Source: an uncultured Acidobacteriota bacterium
GTDB lineage: Bacteria > Acidobacteriota > Terriglobia > Acidiferrales > UBA7541
DNA length: 64,000 nucleotides
Assembly (NCBI GenBank): GCA_963709445.1
Contig: CAVPWV010000014.1
Span: 3,930-67,929 of the forward strand
Direction of reading: 5' to 3'
Made by a program: the position numbers and the translations under genes
The notes under the pieces: model-generated
Seen by the model: only the letters and a program-made list of their open reading frames with translations
What the model was told of the DNA's origin: nothing
Database searches by the model: none
Shown here: one piece after another, positions 45,701 through 54,305 of the stretch
Position numbering within the stretch: position 1 is the first letter of the stretch
How the letters are laid out: each line of letters opens with the position of its first letter

Positions 45701-46312
45701 GTGGGAGTTCCAATGAATGACGAAATGATCGAGCGGTTGACGATTCGCGAGATGATTGAAAACTGGGCTGTTTGGCGCGATGCCCTGATGTGGAAGGAGT
45801 TTCGCGGCCTCTGGCATGACGACGGCCGCATGATGGCCACCTGGACCCAGGGCACAGCCGATGAATTCATCGAAATGAGCAAACAGGGCTTCGCGAAGGG
45901 AGTGCGCATCCTGCACTTTCTCGGTGGCTGCTCGATCGAAGTGAGGGGCAATCGTGCGCTCTCGCAGACCAAAATGAAAATCGATCAGCGCGCCGCCGTT
46001 CACGACGTAATGTGCGACGTTGTTTGCACCGGACGTTTCGTCGATTTCTGGGAAAAGCGCGGAGGGCGCTGGGGATTGGTTCTGCGCCAGCCGATTTACG
46101 AGAAGGACCGCATGGATCCCGTCGATCCTGCCGCCAAACTCAACCTCGACCAAAAACTTCTGATGTCATTTCGAGAAGGCTATCGCCACCTCGCTTATCT
46201 GCAAACGCAGATCGGTTACAGAATCAAAATGGATATGCCGGGATTGACGGGTCCGGAGGTCGAGGCTCTTTACGCGCGCGGCGCCGCGTGGCTCGCGGGC
46301 CAGCCGCTTTAG
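45701..46312 (+). CDS. SnoaL-like / NTF2-fold family protein
   Basis: LTIREMIENWAVWRDALMWKEFRGLWHDDGRMMATW...FLGGCSIEVRGNRALSQTKM...GRFVDFWEKRGGRWGLVLRQPIYEKD. Alternative ATG at 45713. Confidence 0.55.
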   Translation: MGVPMNDEMIERLTIREMIENWAVWRDALMWKEFRGLWHDDGRMMATWTQGTADEFIEMSKQGFAKGVRILHFLGGCSIEVRGNRALSQTKMKIDQRAAVHDVMCDVVCTGRFVDFWEKRGGRWGLVLRQPIYEKDRMDPVDPAAKLNLDQKLLMSFREGYRHLAYLQTQIGYRIKMDMPGLTGPEVEALYARGAAWLAGQPL

Positions 46313-46410
46313 ACTTTTTGCGGAGCGCGGGTCGGTTATATAGTGGAGATGGCCCTGTGCAGAGTACTGGCCGCCGCGAATGAAAATCTAGATCCTAGGA
46401 GAATGCCCTT

Positions 46411-47379
46411 ATGGCCGCAGAAGCAGCTGCCGCACCACTTCGAGTGACGGATGCCGCGTGGCAAGCGATCGAAGGCGGCTACGATCTGCAAGTGCACGTC
46501 GCGCCGGATGTAATTGCCCGCCGCATCGACGATTTGGATCTTGCGAAGGAGTTTCTCGCCCACAAGCTCAAGGGTTTCGTGCTGAAGTCGCACTACGCGC
46601 CCACCTACGAACGCGCCAAAGTGGTCACCAAAGCAAGCCCAGGAATCCAAGCTTTCGGGGCGATCACCTTGAATCATAGCGTCGGCGGTTTGAATCCTGT
46701 TGCGCTCGAAATTGCGGGCCGCTCCGGCAACAAAATTGTGTGGATGCCCACGGTGGACGCGGCCAACGAAACGGCGGGCCGCTCGGACGGTCCTACCGAC
46801 AAGCTGCCTTTCTGGGCCAAGATTCAGCGCGAGCTTTCGGCGACGGGCATCTCGCCGCCACCTCTCACGGTGGTCGGCACCGACGGCAAAGTGACCCCCA
46901 TTGCGCGACGCTGCCTCGAGCTCATCGGCAAGCACGACATGGTTCTTGCCACCGGCCACCTGAGCAAAAAAGAAATTCACGCGCTGGTGAAGACCGCCAA
47001 GGAAATGGGGCTGAAGCGAGTGGTCGTCACGCACGCGGAGTTCCCATCGCAGAATATGACCGCGCAGGAGCAGGCGGAAGTGGCGGACCTGGGCGCGATG
47101 ATCGAGCACTGCTTCACCACCATGTACACGAACAAAGCTCCCTGGGACGCCTATTTCGATAGCGTCCGCAAAGTAGGCCCGGAGCGCGTGATCCTTTCAA
47201 CTGATCTGGGGCAGACGATCAATCCGCCCGTCGCGGAAGGGTTCGCGATGTTCGCGCAGAAGATGCTCGATGCGGGCTTCAGCTCCGCGGACGTTCGACC
47301 GGATGGCCGTCACCAATCCGACGGCGCTTATTTCGTAACCGTTTATCCGAGTGACATCGAGTTCGGGAAAAAATGGTAG
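46411..47379 (+). CDS. TIM-barrel metal-dependent hydrolase-like protein (amidohydrolase-superfamily-like); C-terminus apparently frameshifted
   Basis: YDLQVHVAPD, VLKSHYAPT, IVWMPTVDA, VLATGHLS, VVVTHAEF, ILSTDLGQ. After DVR (47290-47298) the +1 frame reads RMAVTNPTALIS-stop (47336-47338). Confidence 0.55.
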   Translation: MAAEAAAAPLRVTDAAWQAIEGGYDLQVHVAPDVIARRIDDLDLAKEFLAHKLKGFVLKSHYAPTYERAKVVTKASPGIQAFGAITLNHSVGGLNPVALEIAGRSGNKIVWMPTVDAANETAGRSDGPTDKLPFWAKIQRELSATGISPPPLTVVGTDGKVTPIARRCLELIGKHDMVLATGHLSKKEIHALVKTAKEMGLKRVVVTHAEFPSQNMTAQEQAEVADLGAMIEHCFTTMYTNKAPWDAYFDSVRKVGPERVILSTDLGQTINPPVAEGFAMFAQKMLDAGFSSADVRPDGRHQSDGAYFVTVYPSDIEFGKKW

Positions 47380-48954
47380 ATGATCACGGCGATCACTATC
47401 AGATACGCCAGAACAATCAAGGTCCATCCCATATTGTGACGAATTACTTGGCCCTCGCTGCGCACCAGTTTGCTCGTTGAAACACCAACGCTGGCCGTTT
47501 GCGGCGCAATCGGCTTGCCCACTTCAGCTCCCACCGAGTTGAGAGACGGAAGCAGCAGCACCGGCAAGTTCAAGAGCCGGCCCGTTACCATCTGCACTGG
47601 CCCGAACATTGCATTGGTGGAAGTATTGCTTCCGGAGAGCGCGACGCCGATCCAGCCGAGGATCGGCGCAAACACCACAAAGAAAACTCCCATCTTCGAG
47701 AAACCGTAGGCCAGCGAATTCGCCATCCCCGTGTAAACGAAAATGTACGCAAGGGCGAAAATAAAAAACGCGACGAGCAAGCGCGCCCCACATTTGCTTG
47801 AACGTCTTGGAGAAAACCTGTTTCAAAATCTGTCCCGAGGGTCGGAAGATCAACAAGATTACCAGCCAGGAGGCCAGTATCGACGTGCCTCCGGTGAACG
47901 GCGCGAAGTTGAACGTGGAGGCGAGCGTCTTTCCCGTGACCGAAGATTTAGTAGCGACCGATAATTTGAGCCAGCTGACAGCTGGAAGAGGAGACCACGG
48001 ACCCGTCCAGGCAACCACGACGAGAACGAGCACGATATAGGGCAGCCACGCGGAAAACGCTTCGCGCGCGGAAACCGGTTCCGAGCCGTTTGAGACAGCA
48101 ATCGCGGGAGCCAAGGGTGCCCCGCCAAAACCGCGAATCGTTTTCGGCCGCCAAACCTTGACGAATATAAATAGCAGCCAGAACGAAACGAGCGCGCCGC
48201 TAATATCAGGAAGATACGGACCCAGATAGTGCGCCACCGGCCACTGCCCGGCGATGTAGGAGAGCGAGCCGACAATCGCCAGCGGCCACGCCTCGGCTAC
48301 TCCCTCCCAGCCGCTTACGAGATAGATGAGCACCCACGGCGGCAGCAAAGCGAGGATCGCGACCACATTGCCGATCGACCGTGATAGCGCCATCAATGGC
48401 AGGCCCGTGACGGCCGCGAGGCCAATGATGGGGACCCCGAGCGCTCCGTAAGAAACGGGCGCATTGTTCGCCAGCGCCGCCACTCGGATGGCCTCGAGAT
48501 CGGCGATTCCGAGTCCCACCAAAATGGGCACCACGACGGCCCACGGAAAGCCGAAGCCAACCAGCCCTTCCAGCAGTGCGCCGAAAGCCCAGGCCAGCAT
48601 GATGGTCTGGATTCGAATATCCGCTGTCGCGTGATGAACCATCCAGTCCTTAAACCGGCCAAAGATGCCAGTGAGCACGAGCGTGTTAAAGATAATCAGC
48701 GCCCAGAACGTAATCCAATCGATTGACCAAATTCCCGTGAGCCCGCCGAACAGGTAGGACTTCAGGGTATTCGCGAGCGGGGCGTGCCACACGACGATGC
48801 CCACTAAGATCGTGACGATTCCCGCCAAGGTCGAGGCGAGCCATGCGGTGATACGGAAGACGGCGAGCATGAAAATCAACGCAATCAGCGGGACGAGGGC
48901 AGCCAGGATCGTCAACCAGAGATGGCCTGTCGGATTGAGGCTTTGCTCAAACAT
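47343..48954 (-). pseudogene. lctP: L-lactate permease (LctP family) split by a frameshift near 47778-47790
   Basis: ORF 47524..48954 reads as LctP up to ...FSKTFKQMWGA and then turns into Arg/Cys-rich nonsense. ORF 47343..47780 in another frame continues LLVAFFIFALAYIFVYTGMANSLAYGFSKMGVFFVVFAPILGWIGVALSGSNTSTNAMFGPVQ to a normal C-terminus. Confidence 0.8.
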
Positions 48955-49074
48955 CGCGGCAAGTCTCCTGGTCGGGGTTCGGGGTCAGCGGCGAGCGAAT
49001 TTGCAGGCCATATATACCGTAAGAACGGTGGGAAAGGGAAACGGAAAGGGGAAGAGAGCAGTGAAGCAAGCGAG

Positions 49075-49100
49075 GGGCTGGAAGCGTCAACTTCCAGCCC
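49075..49100 (-). terminator. 10-bp GC-rich hairpin about 50 nt downstream of the helicase stop
   Basis: GGGCTGGAAG (49075-49084), loop CGTCAA, CTTCCAGCCC (49091-49100). On the minus strand it is followed by a pyrimidine-rich tract, not a clean U-run. Confidence 0.45.
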
Positions 49101-49145
49101 TTCGGTCGAGTCTAACTTTTCATTCTTTGATGAGGAGTGAACGAA

Positions 49146-50363
49146 TTAGGCTTGGGCCTGCAGGATTTCGCCGGGGAGCCTGCTGATTCTGGATCTCGCA
49201 GCCGAGAGGCCACGCTGAAGGTCGGGCGTTTTCCGCGACTTTCGCTCCGGTAGATCGGCTACTTTCATTCGCTCGATCTTGATGCCAAGCGTGCGCTCGA
49301 GGGCCAGCAATTCTCCTCGCTGATCGGCCCCGAAAAGAGTGGAGGCCAGACCTTGTGCGCCCGCGCGGCCTGTCCGGCCGACGCGGTGAATGAAATTCTC
49401 GGCCAGGTCGGGCAGATCGTAGTTGATCACGTGCGCGATATCCTGGACATGAATGCCGCGCGAGGCGACATCCGTGGCGACAAGAATTCGGTGGCGGCCC
49501 TGTTGAAAGCCGGCCAGAGCTGCGTTCCGCTGCGACTGCGAGCGATCTCCGTGAATCGCGGCCGCGGAGAAGCCTTCGCGGCTGAGACTCAGAGCGAGGC
49601 GTTCGGCTCCGCGTTTGGTGCGAGCGAAGATGAGGCAGCGCCCCGATTCCTTGGCGAGTAAGCGTTCGAGGAATTCCTGTTTGCGGTCAGAGGGAACTTC
49701 GAATGCCTGCACGCGCACATTTTCGGAGGGTTTCAGCGTCGAACCGAGCGCAATGCGCACCGGTTGCCGCATGTAATCGTGAACCAGATGAGCGACGGAC
49801 GCTTCGAGCGTTGCGGAAAAGCAGAGCGTCTGCCGATTTTTTGGCAGCACGGATGCTATCCGGCGAATCGCGGGAAGGAAGCCCATATCCAGCATGCGGT
49901 CGGCCTCATCCAGGATGAGGATGCGCAAGGCAGCGAAATTCACGAGCTTGCGATCGAGGAAATCTTCGAGCCGGCCCGGAGTGGCAACCACCAGCCTGGC
50001 ACCGCGGCGCAGCGCGGTAATCTGTTGGCCTTCGGAAAGGCCGCCGACCACCAGGGCCGCCGGCGGAAGCTGCTTGCCTCGCAGCGCGTTGTACTGCTCC
50101 ACGACCTGCATGGCCAGCTCGCGCGTGGGAACAAGAGCGAGGGCCGCGATCCCTGAAACCTTGTGCTGAAGCAATTGCTCCATCACTGGGATCAGAAATG
50201 CGAGCGTCTTTCCGGTGCCGGTTTGCGCGGTGGCAAGCACGTCCTTGCCGGCAAGTGCGTGCGGAATCGCCGCTACTTGCACGGGGGTGGGGATTGAAAA
50301 ATTCGCGGACGCCAAGCTTTGCTTGGTGTAGTCCGAGATGGGTAATTCTGAAAAACTGTTCAT
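49146..50363 (-). CDS. DEAD-box ATP-dependent RNA helicase (RhlE-like)
   Basis: AQTGTGKT, PTRELA, DEAD (LILDEADRMLD), SAT, HGDRSQSQR, HRVGRTGRAG. Confidence 0.95.
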   Translation of the reverse strand: MNSFSELPISDYTKQSLASANFSIPTPVQVAAIPHALAGKDVLATAQTGTGKTLAFLIPVMEQLLQHKVSGIAALALVPTRELAMQVVEQYNALRGKQLPPAALVVGGLSEGQQITALRRGARLVVATPGRLEDFLDRKLVNFAALRILILDEADRMLDMGFLPAIRRIASVLPKNRQTLCFSATLEASVAHLVHDYMRQPVRIALGSTLKPSENVRVQAFEVPSDRKQEFLERLLAKESGRCLIFARTKRGAERLALSLSREGFSAAAIHGDRSQSQRNAALAGFQQGRHRILVATDVASRGIHVQDIAHVINYDLPDLAENFIHRVGRTGRAGAQGLASTLFGADQRGELLALERTLGIKIERMKVADLPERKSRKTPDLQRGLSAARSRISRLPGEILQAQA

Positions 50364-50667
50364 TGTCTAAGTGTTTTCTGTCTGGAAGCTGAGCCGCGGC
50401 GCGCCGGATAAACTCCTAGCGAGCGGCTTAAGCTGCAGTTCCATTCCTTGTTTTGAATTACGCTGAAGACTTCGGAAGGGACTAAAGGCGGGGCATTCTC
50501 AGCAGATAACCGACGAGAGCAACCACACCACACAACCGCTGTATTAAGCGCAAACGAAGTATACCACACAAAGCGGCCTCTGGGTGAGTTGATAAGCCCC
50601 GGTTCTCAACATACAATAGCCGCCGATTTGAGCTGGGCTTGGGCGCTCGGCGGCCTTTCCAGCCGCC

Positions 50668-51058
50668 ATGGGGGACAATATGCCCGCCACATCGCAGAGG
50701 GTTTACGTCGGGCCCGGCGAGAAGGTGCCGGAAGGCGGGACGCCTGGTAGTTGACGTCGGCGATACAACGATTGGGATTTTCCGCGTTGACGGCAAACTC
50801 TACGCGTATCTCAATCGCTGCGCGCACCAGGGCGGACCCGTTTGCCAGGGGAAGATTATTCCGCGCGTGACCGAAGTGATCGATGGCGGCGGCGAGAGCC
50901 ACGGCTTCGCTTTCGATGAATCGAGCCCGCATATCGTTTGCCCGTGGCACGGTTTCGAATACGACATCAAGACGGGCGTACACCCAGGGCGGCCGGCGGC
51001 CCGCTTGATCCGAGTGCCGGTGGAAGAAGCGGTCGACGGGATTTATGTCAACGTCTGA
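50668..51058 (+). pseudogene. Rieske [2Fe-2S] domain protein with an apparent frameshift near 50740
   Basis: Frame 1 from ATG 50668 gives MGDNMPATSQRVYVGPGEKVPEGG and then stops at 50752. The track ORF 50639..51058 carries RLVVDVGDTTIGIFRVDGKLYAYLNRCAHQGGPVC...CPWHGFEYD, but its own N-terminus is Arg-rich nonsense. Confidence 0.65.
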
Positions 51059-51353
51059 GAAAGCGGCGCGGCTATCGGCTTTGGTGGCGCAATTAAACGC
51101 AACGATCGAGGAAACCGTGAAGGCGGGCGAAGTGGCCGATGTGCCGCGGCCGGATGTAACCGCACTGGTAAGCGGAGCGGTGAAGCTTTACGCGACCTCC
51201 GCGGAGGAAGCCGAATCAGATGTGCCGGTGATCGATGCCACGGTTTCGACCACTGAGGCGATGGTGGTCGCGTGCGCTTTGCTGCGCGCGCACCATTTGA
51301 ACCCATTCGATCTGGCGCTGTGGTTTTCGCGCACGGCGGGCAGCAGCCATTGA
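51045..51353 (+). CDS. Hypothetical small acidic protein
   Basis: 102-aa ORF with GC3-rich codon usage like its neighbours. It overlaps the Rieske stop by 14 nt and ends 37 nt before the amidohydrolase gene. No motif recognised. Confidence 0.4.
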   Translation: MSTSEKAARLSALVAQLNATIEETVKAGEVADVPRPDVTALVSGAVKLYATSAEEAESDVPVIDATVSTTEAMVVACALLRAHHLNPFDLALWFSRTAGSSH

Positions 51354-51390
51354 ACCTTCGACAAACGAACCGATTGGTGAGGGTAGGACA

Positions 51391-52611
51391 ATGAGCAAAA
51401 CCGAATTAGCCAATGGCGTGAGCAGCGCCACCGAACACAAAGTGCAGCAGATCACCACGCGTACCGATTCACGCGAAATACTCGCGAACGCGCGCCGCGA
51501 CATCGAACGCTACCACCTCGATGATTATTTCATCGTGGATGTGGACGCGCATCACGTCGAATTCGATTCGTGGGCTGAAATTCTCCAGCGGCTGGAAAAC
51601 CCCGTCCTGCGGCATAACGCGATATCGATGACTCAGAACTGGCCGAACGCGAAGCAACTGGCGTTCAGCAATCATCCCGTCGGCCTCACATTTCAGGATG
51701 TGTTTGGCCGCATCCCGCACCAAGCTGAACTCGGAGAGTATGTGGAGAAAACGGAAGAGCATCGCGACCTGACTCTCGTCCGTCGCGCGATGGATTCGAT
51801 GGGAATCAAGATGCAGGTTGTTTTCCCGCAGCCGATGCTGGAGATGGGCCTGCATCCCGAGCCCGACATCGTTACGGCGATGACCTTTGCCTACAATCGC
51901 TGGTTCACGGACACGATTCTGCCGCGCGAGAAGCGCGTGAAGACTTTGCTTTGCTTGCCGTTCCACGATCCCGATGCATGCATGAAGATGATCCAGGAAT
52001 TTGGCGAAACGCCGGGCGTGGTGGGTTTCATGATTACCAGCCAGCGCCACGCGGGCGTCCACAAGAATATGTACATGCGGGTTTACAAAGAGCTTGAAGA
52101 ACGCGGCCTGCCGCTCGCGTTTCACGCCGGCCCAACTTGGGGCGACACGATGACGACCACCATGAATCGCTTTCTGTCGGTGCATTCGATGTCGTTCGTC
52201 ACCTGCAACATGATGCACATGACCAATTGGATCGTGAACGGTTTGCCCGAACGCTTCCCCAAGCTGAAAGTAATTTGGATTGAAAGCGGCCTGGCGTGGG
52301 TGCCGTTCATGATGCAGCGCCTCGATCACGAATACCTGATGCGGCAGTCCGACGCTCCGCTATTGAAACGCCTGCCCAGCGAATACATCGCGGAGATGTT
52401 TTTCACCTCGCAGCCACTGGAAGTGACCATGCCGCACATGCTGGAAGCTACATTCAAGGCCGTGCGCGCGGAAACGCAGCTGATGTACTCCTCCGACTGG
52501 CCACACTGGGATTTCGACGTTCCCGCGCGAATCGCGGGCTTACCTTTTCTTACTGAGCAAGCCAAGCGAAACATTTTAGGCGATAACGCGCGAAGAGTTT
52601 TTAGGCTTTAG
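51391..52611 (+). CDS. Amidohydrolase_2 family protein (ACMSD-type metal-dependent hydrolase/decarboxylase fold)
   Basis: VDVDAHHVEFDSW, GVVGFMITSQ, LAFHAG, MYSSDWPHWDFD. Confidence 0.85.
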   Translation: MSKTELANGVSSATEHKVQQITTRTDSREILANARRDIERYHLDDYFIVDVDAHHVEFDSWAEILQRLENPVLRHNAISMTQNWPNAKQLAFSNHPVGLTFQDVFGRIPHQAELGEYVEKTEEHRDLTLVRRAMDSMGIKMQVVFPQPMLEMGLHPEPDIVTAMTFAYNRWFTDTILPREKRVKTLLCLPFHDPDACMKMIQEFGETPGVVGFMITSQRHAGVHKNMYMRVYKELEERGLPLAFHAGPTWGDTMTTTMNRFLSVHSMSFVTCNMMHMTNWIVNGLPERFPKLKVIWIESGLAWVPFMMQRLDHEYLMRQSDAPLLKRLPSEYIAEMFFTSQPLEVTMPHMLEATFKAVRAETQLMYSSDWPHWDFDVPARIAGLPFLTEQAKRNILGDNARRVFRL

Positions 52612-52689
52612 CAAGCATTCGCAATTCAGTTTCAAAACTGTTCCAGAATTCCGATCCGGAAAAAGATCCTCAGAGGAGAATCAACCATC

Positions 52690-53394
52690 ATGCACAAAGT
52701 ACTTGCTCTGTACCCGCAGCCAAAAGATCCCGCACATTTCAAAAAATATTACGAGGAAAAGCATCTGCCTCTGGCCGCGCAGATGCCAGGACTCATCTCA
52801 AGCCGCTATACGTTCGCGGTGGAAGCTGTAGGAGCTCCCTCGCCGTATTTTTGCATCTGGGAGGGAGAATTTGCGGACGCGGCGGCGATGGGCGCCGCAA
52901 TGCAGTCGCCGATCGGCCAGAAAGTAGCCGCGGACGTGGCCAACTACGCGACCGGTGGGGTCACGATCGTCCACTTTGACGCGCAAGCCCTGCCGCCGAA
53001 GGAAGCCTCGGCGGACAAGAAGGACGACTTCGCCGCAGGAATGCAGATTCGGCGAGACATGTTCGGCCCGGCGCTTTCCGATAAGGTTATGGACTCCGCC
53101 ACGGATTTCACGCGGCCGCTGCAGGAAATGGTCACGCGCTATTGTTTCGGTGAAGTTTGGGCCAGGCCGCTGCTCGACCGCAGGACGCGCAGCATGCTCA
53201 CCATGGCGCTGCTCGTTGCCTTGAACAAGCCGACTCAACTGAAGGGCCACGTTCGCGGCGCGGTGAAAAACGGCCTCAGCAAGGACGAAATTCGCGAGGT
53301 GCTGCTGCATAGCATGATTTATGCAGGCGTGCCCGCTGGGGTTGACAGCTTCAATCACGCCACCGAAGTGCTGAAGGAATTAGGATTGGAGTAG
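52690..53394 (+). CDS. Fusion: EthD-like domain + carboxymuconolactone decarboxylase (CMD/PcaC-like) domain
   Basis: N-terminal MHKVLALYPQPKDPAHFKKYYEEKHLPLAAQMPGL (EthD pattern). C-terminal FGEVWARPLLDRRTRSMLTMALLVALNKPTQLKGHVRGAVKNGLSKDEIREVLLHSMIYAGVPAG (CMD pattern). Confidence 0.7.
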   Translation: MHKVLALYPQPKDPAHFKKYYEEKHLPLAAQMPGLISSRYTFAVEAVGAPSPYFCIWEGEFADAAAMGAAMQSPIGQKVAADVANYATGGVTIVHFDAQALPPKEASADKKDDFAAGMQIRRDMFGPALSDKVMDSATDFTRPLQEMVTRYCFGEVWARPLLDRRTRSMLTMALLVALNKPTQLKGHVRGAVKNGLSKDEIREVLLHSMIYAGVPAGVDSFNHATEVLKELGLE

Positions 53395-53406
53395 GGAGCG
53401 AACGCC

Positions 53407-54300
53407 ATGCGCGTAGGCTTCATTGGCATCGGAAACATGGGCTGGCCCATGGCCGGTCATATTGCAGCGGCCGGCCACGAGCTGACGGTGTTCGATGTGG
53501 ACGCCGATCGCAGAGCGCGGTTCGCGGGCGAGCACAATTGCCGCGCGGCATCGAGCGTGGGCGAGATCGCCGCGAATGAAATTACCGTCACGATGCTGCC
53601 CACCGGACAAATCGTCCGGCAGGCATTGCTGGAAGACGAAGGCGGCGCTTTCGCCAAGGCGCTGCGGCCGGGCGCGCTGGTGATCGATATGAGTTCGTCG
53701 GAACCAATGGGAACGCGCGAGCTCGGAAAAGTTCTGGACCGGGAAGGCGTCGCCCTGATCGATGCGCCGGTTTCAGGCGCGGTGCCGCGCGCGAAGACCG
53801 GTACTCTGGCAATCATGATTGGCGGCGACGATAAGAAAGCGATCGAGCGCGCCAAACCGCTGCTTTTGTCCATGGGAAAGCAATTATTCGAAACGGGTCC
53901 GCTCGGTTCGGGCCATGCGATGAAAGCGCTGAATAATTACATCGCGGCCGCGGGATACACGGCGGTAGCGGAGGCGTTGCTGATCGGCCAGCGCTTCGGT
54001 CTCGATCAGAACGTGATGGTGGATATTCTGAATGTTTCCACGGGGCGCAATTTCACGACCGAGGTGATGATCAAAGAACAGGTCCTTCAGGGAAAGTTCG
54101 CGACAGGATTCGCGCTCGGGCTAATGGCGAAAGATGTGAAGATTGCGGCGGACCTGGGCGAAGCAGTCGGGCTCGATGCGCCCGTATCGCGGCTGGTGCG
54201 CGAGCGCTGGGCGTCCGCGCGCGACAAGCTGGGCGCCGCGCGCGATACGTCCGAAGCGATTTTGAGCTGGAAGGACGACTTGCCTAAGGGTAGCCGCTAG
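53407..54300 (+). CDS. 3-hydroxyisobutyrate dehydrogenase family NAD(P)-dependent oxidoreductase
   Basis: MRVGFIGIGNMGWPMA, IDMSSSEP, IDAPVSGAVPRAKTGTLAIMIGG, GSGHAMKALNN. Confidence 0.9.
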   Translation: MRVGFIGIGNMGWPMAGHIAAAGHELTVFDVDADRRARFAGEHNCRAASSVGEIAANEITVTMLPTGQIVRQALLEDEGGAFAKALRPGALVIDMSSSEPMGTRELGKVLDREGVALIDAPVSGAVPRAKTGTLAIMIGGDDKKAIERAKPLLLSMGKQLFETGPLGSGHAMKALNNYIAAAGYTAVAEALLIGQRFGLDQNVMVDILNVSTGRNFTTEVMIKEQVLQGKFATGFALGLMAKDVKIAADLGEAVGLDAPVSRLVRERWASARDKLGAARDTSEAILSWKDDLPKGSR

Positions 54301-54305
54301 ATTCT

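Noticed and set aside
47524..47790. Programmed ribosomal frameshifting as the explanation for the split lactate permease
   Set aside because: There is no slippery heptamer or downstream structure. Two other unrelated genes nearby show similar breaks, so an indel (real or artefactual) is the simpler explanation.
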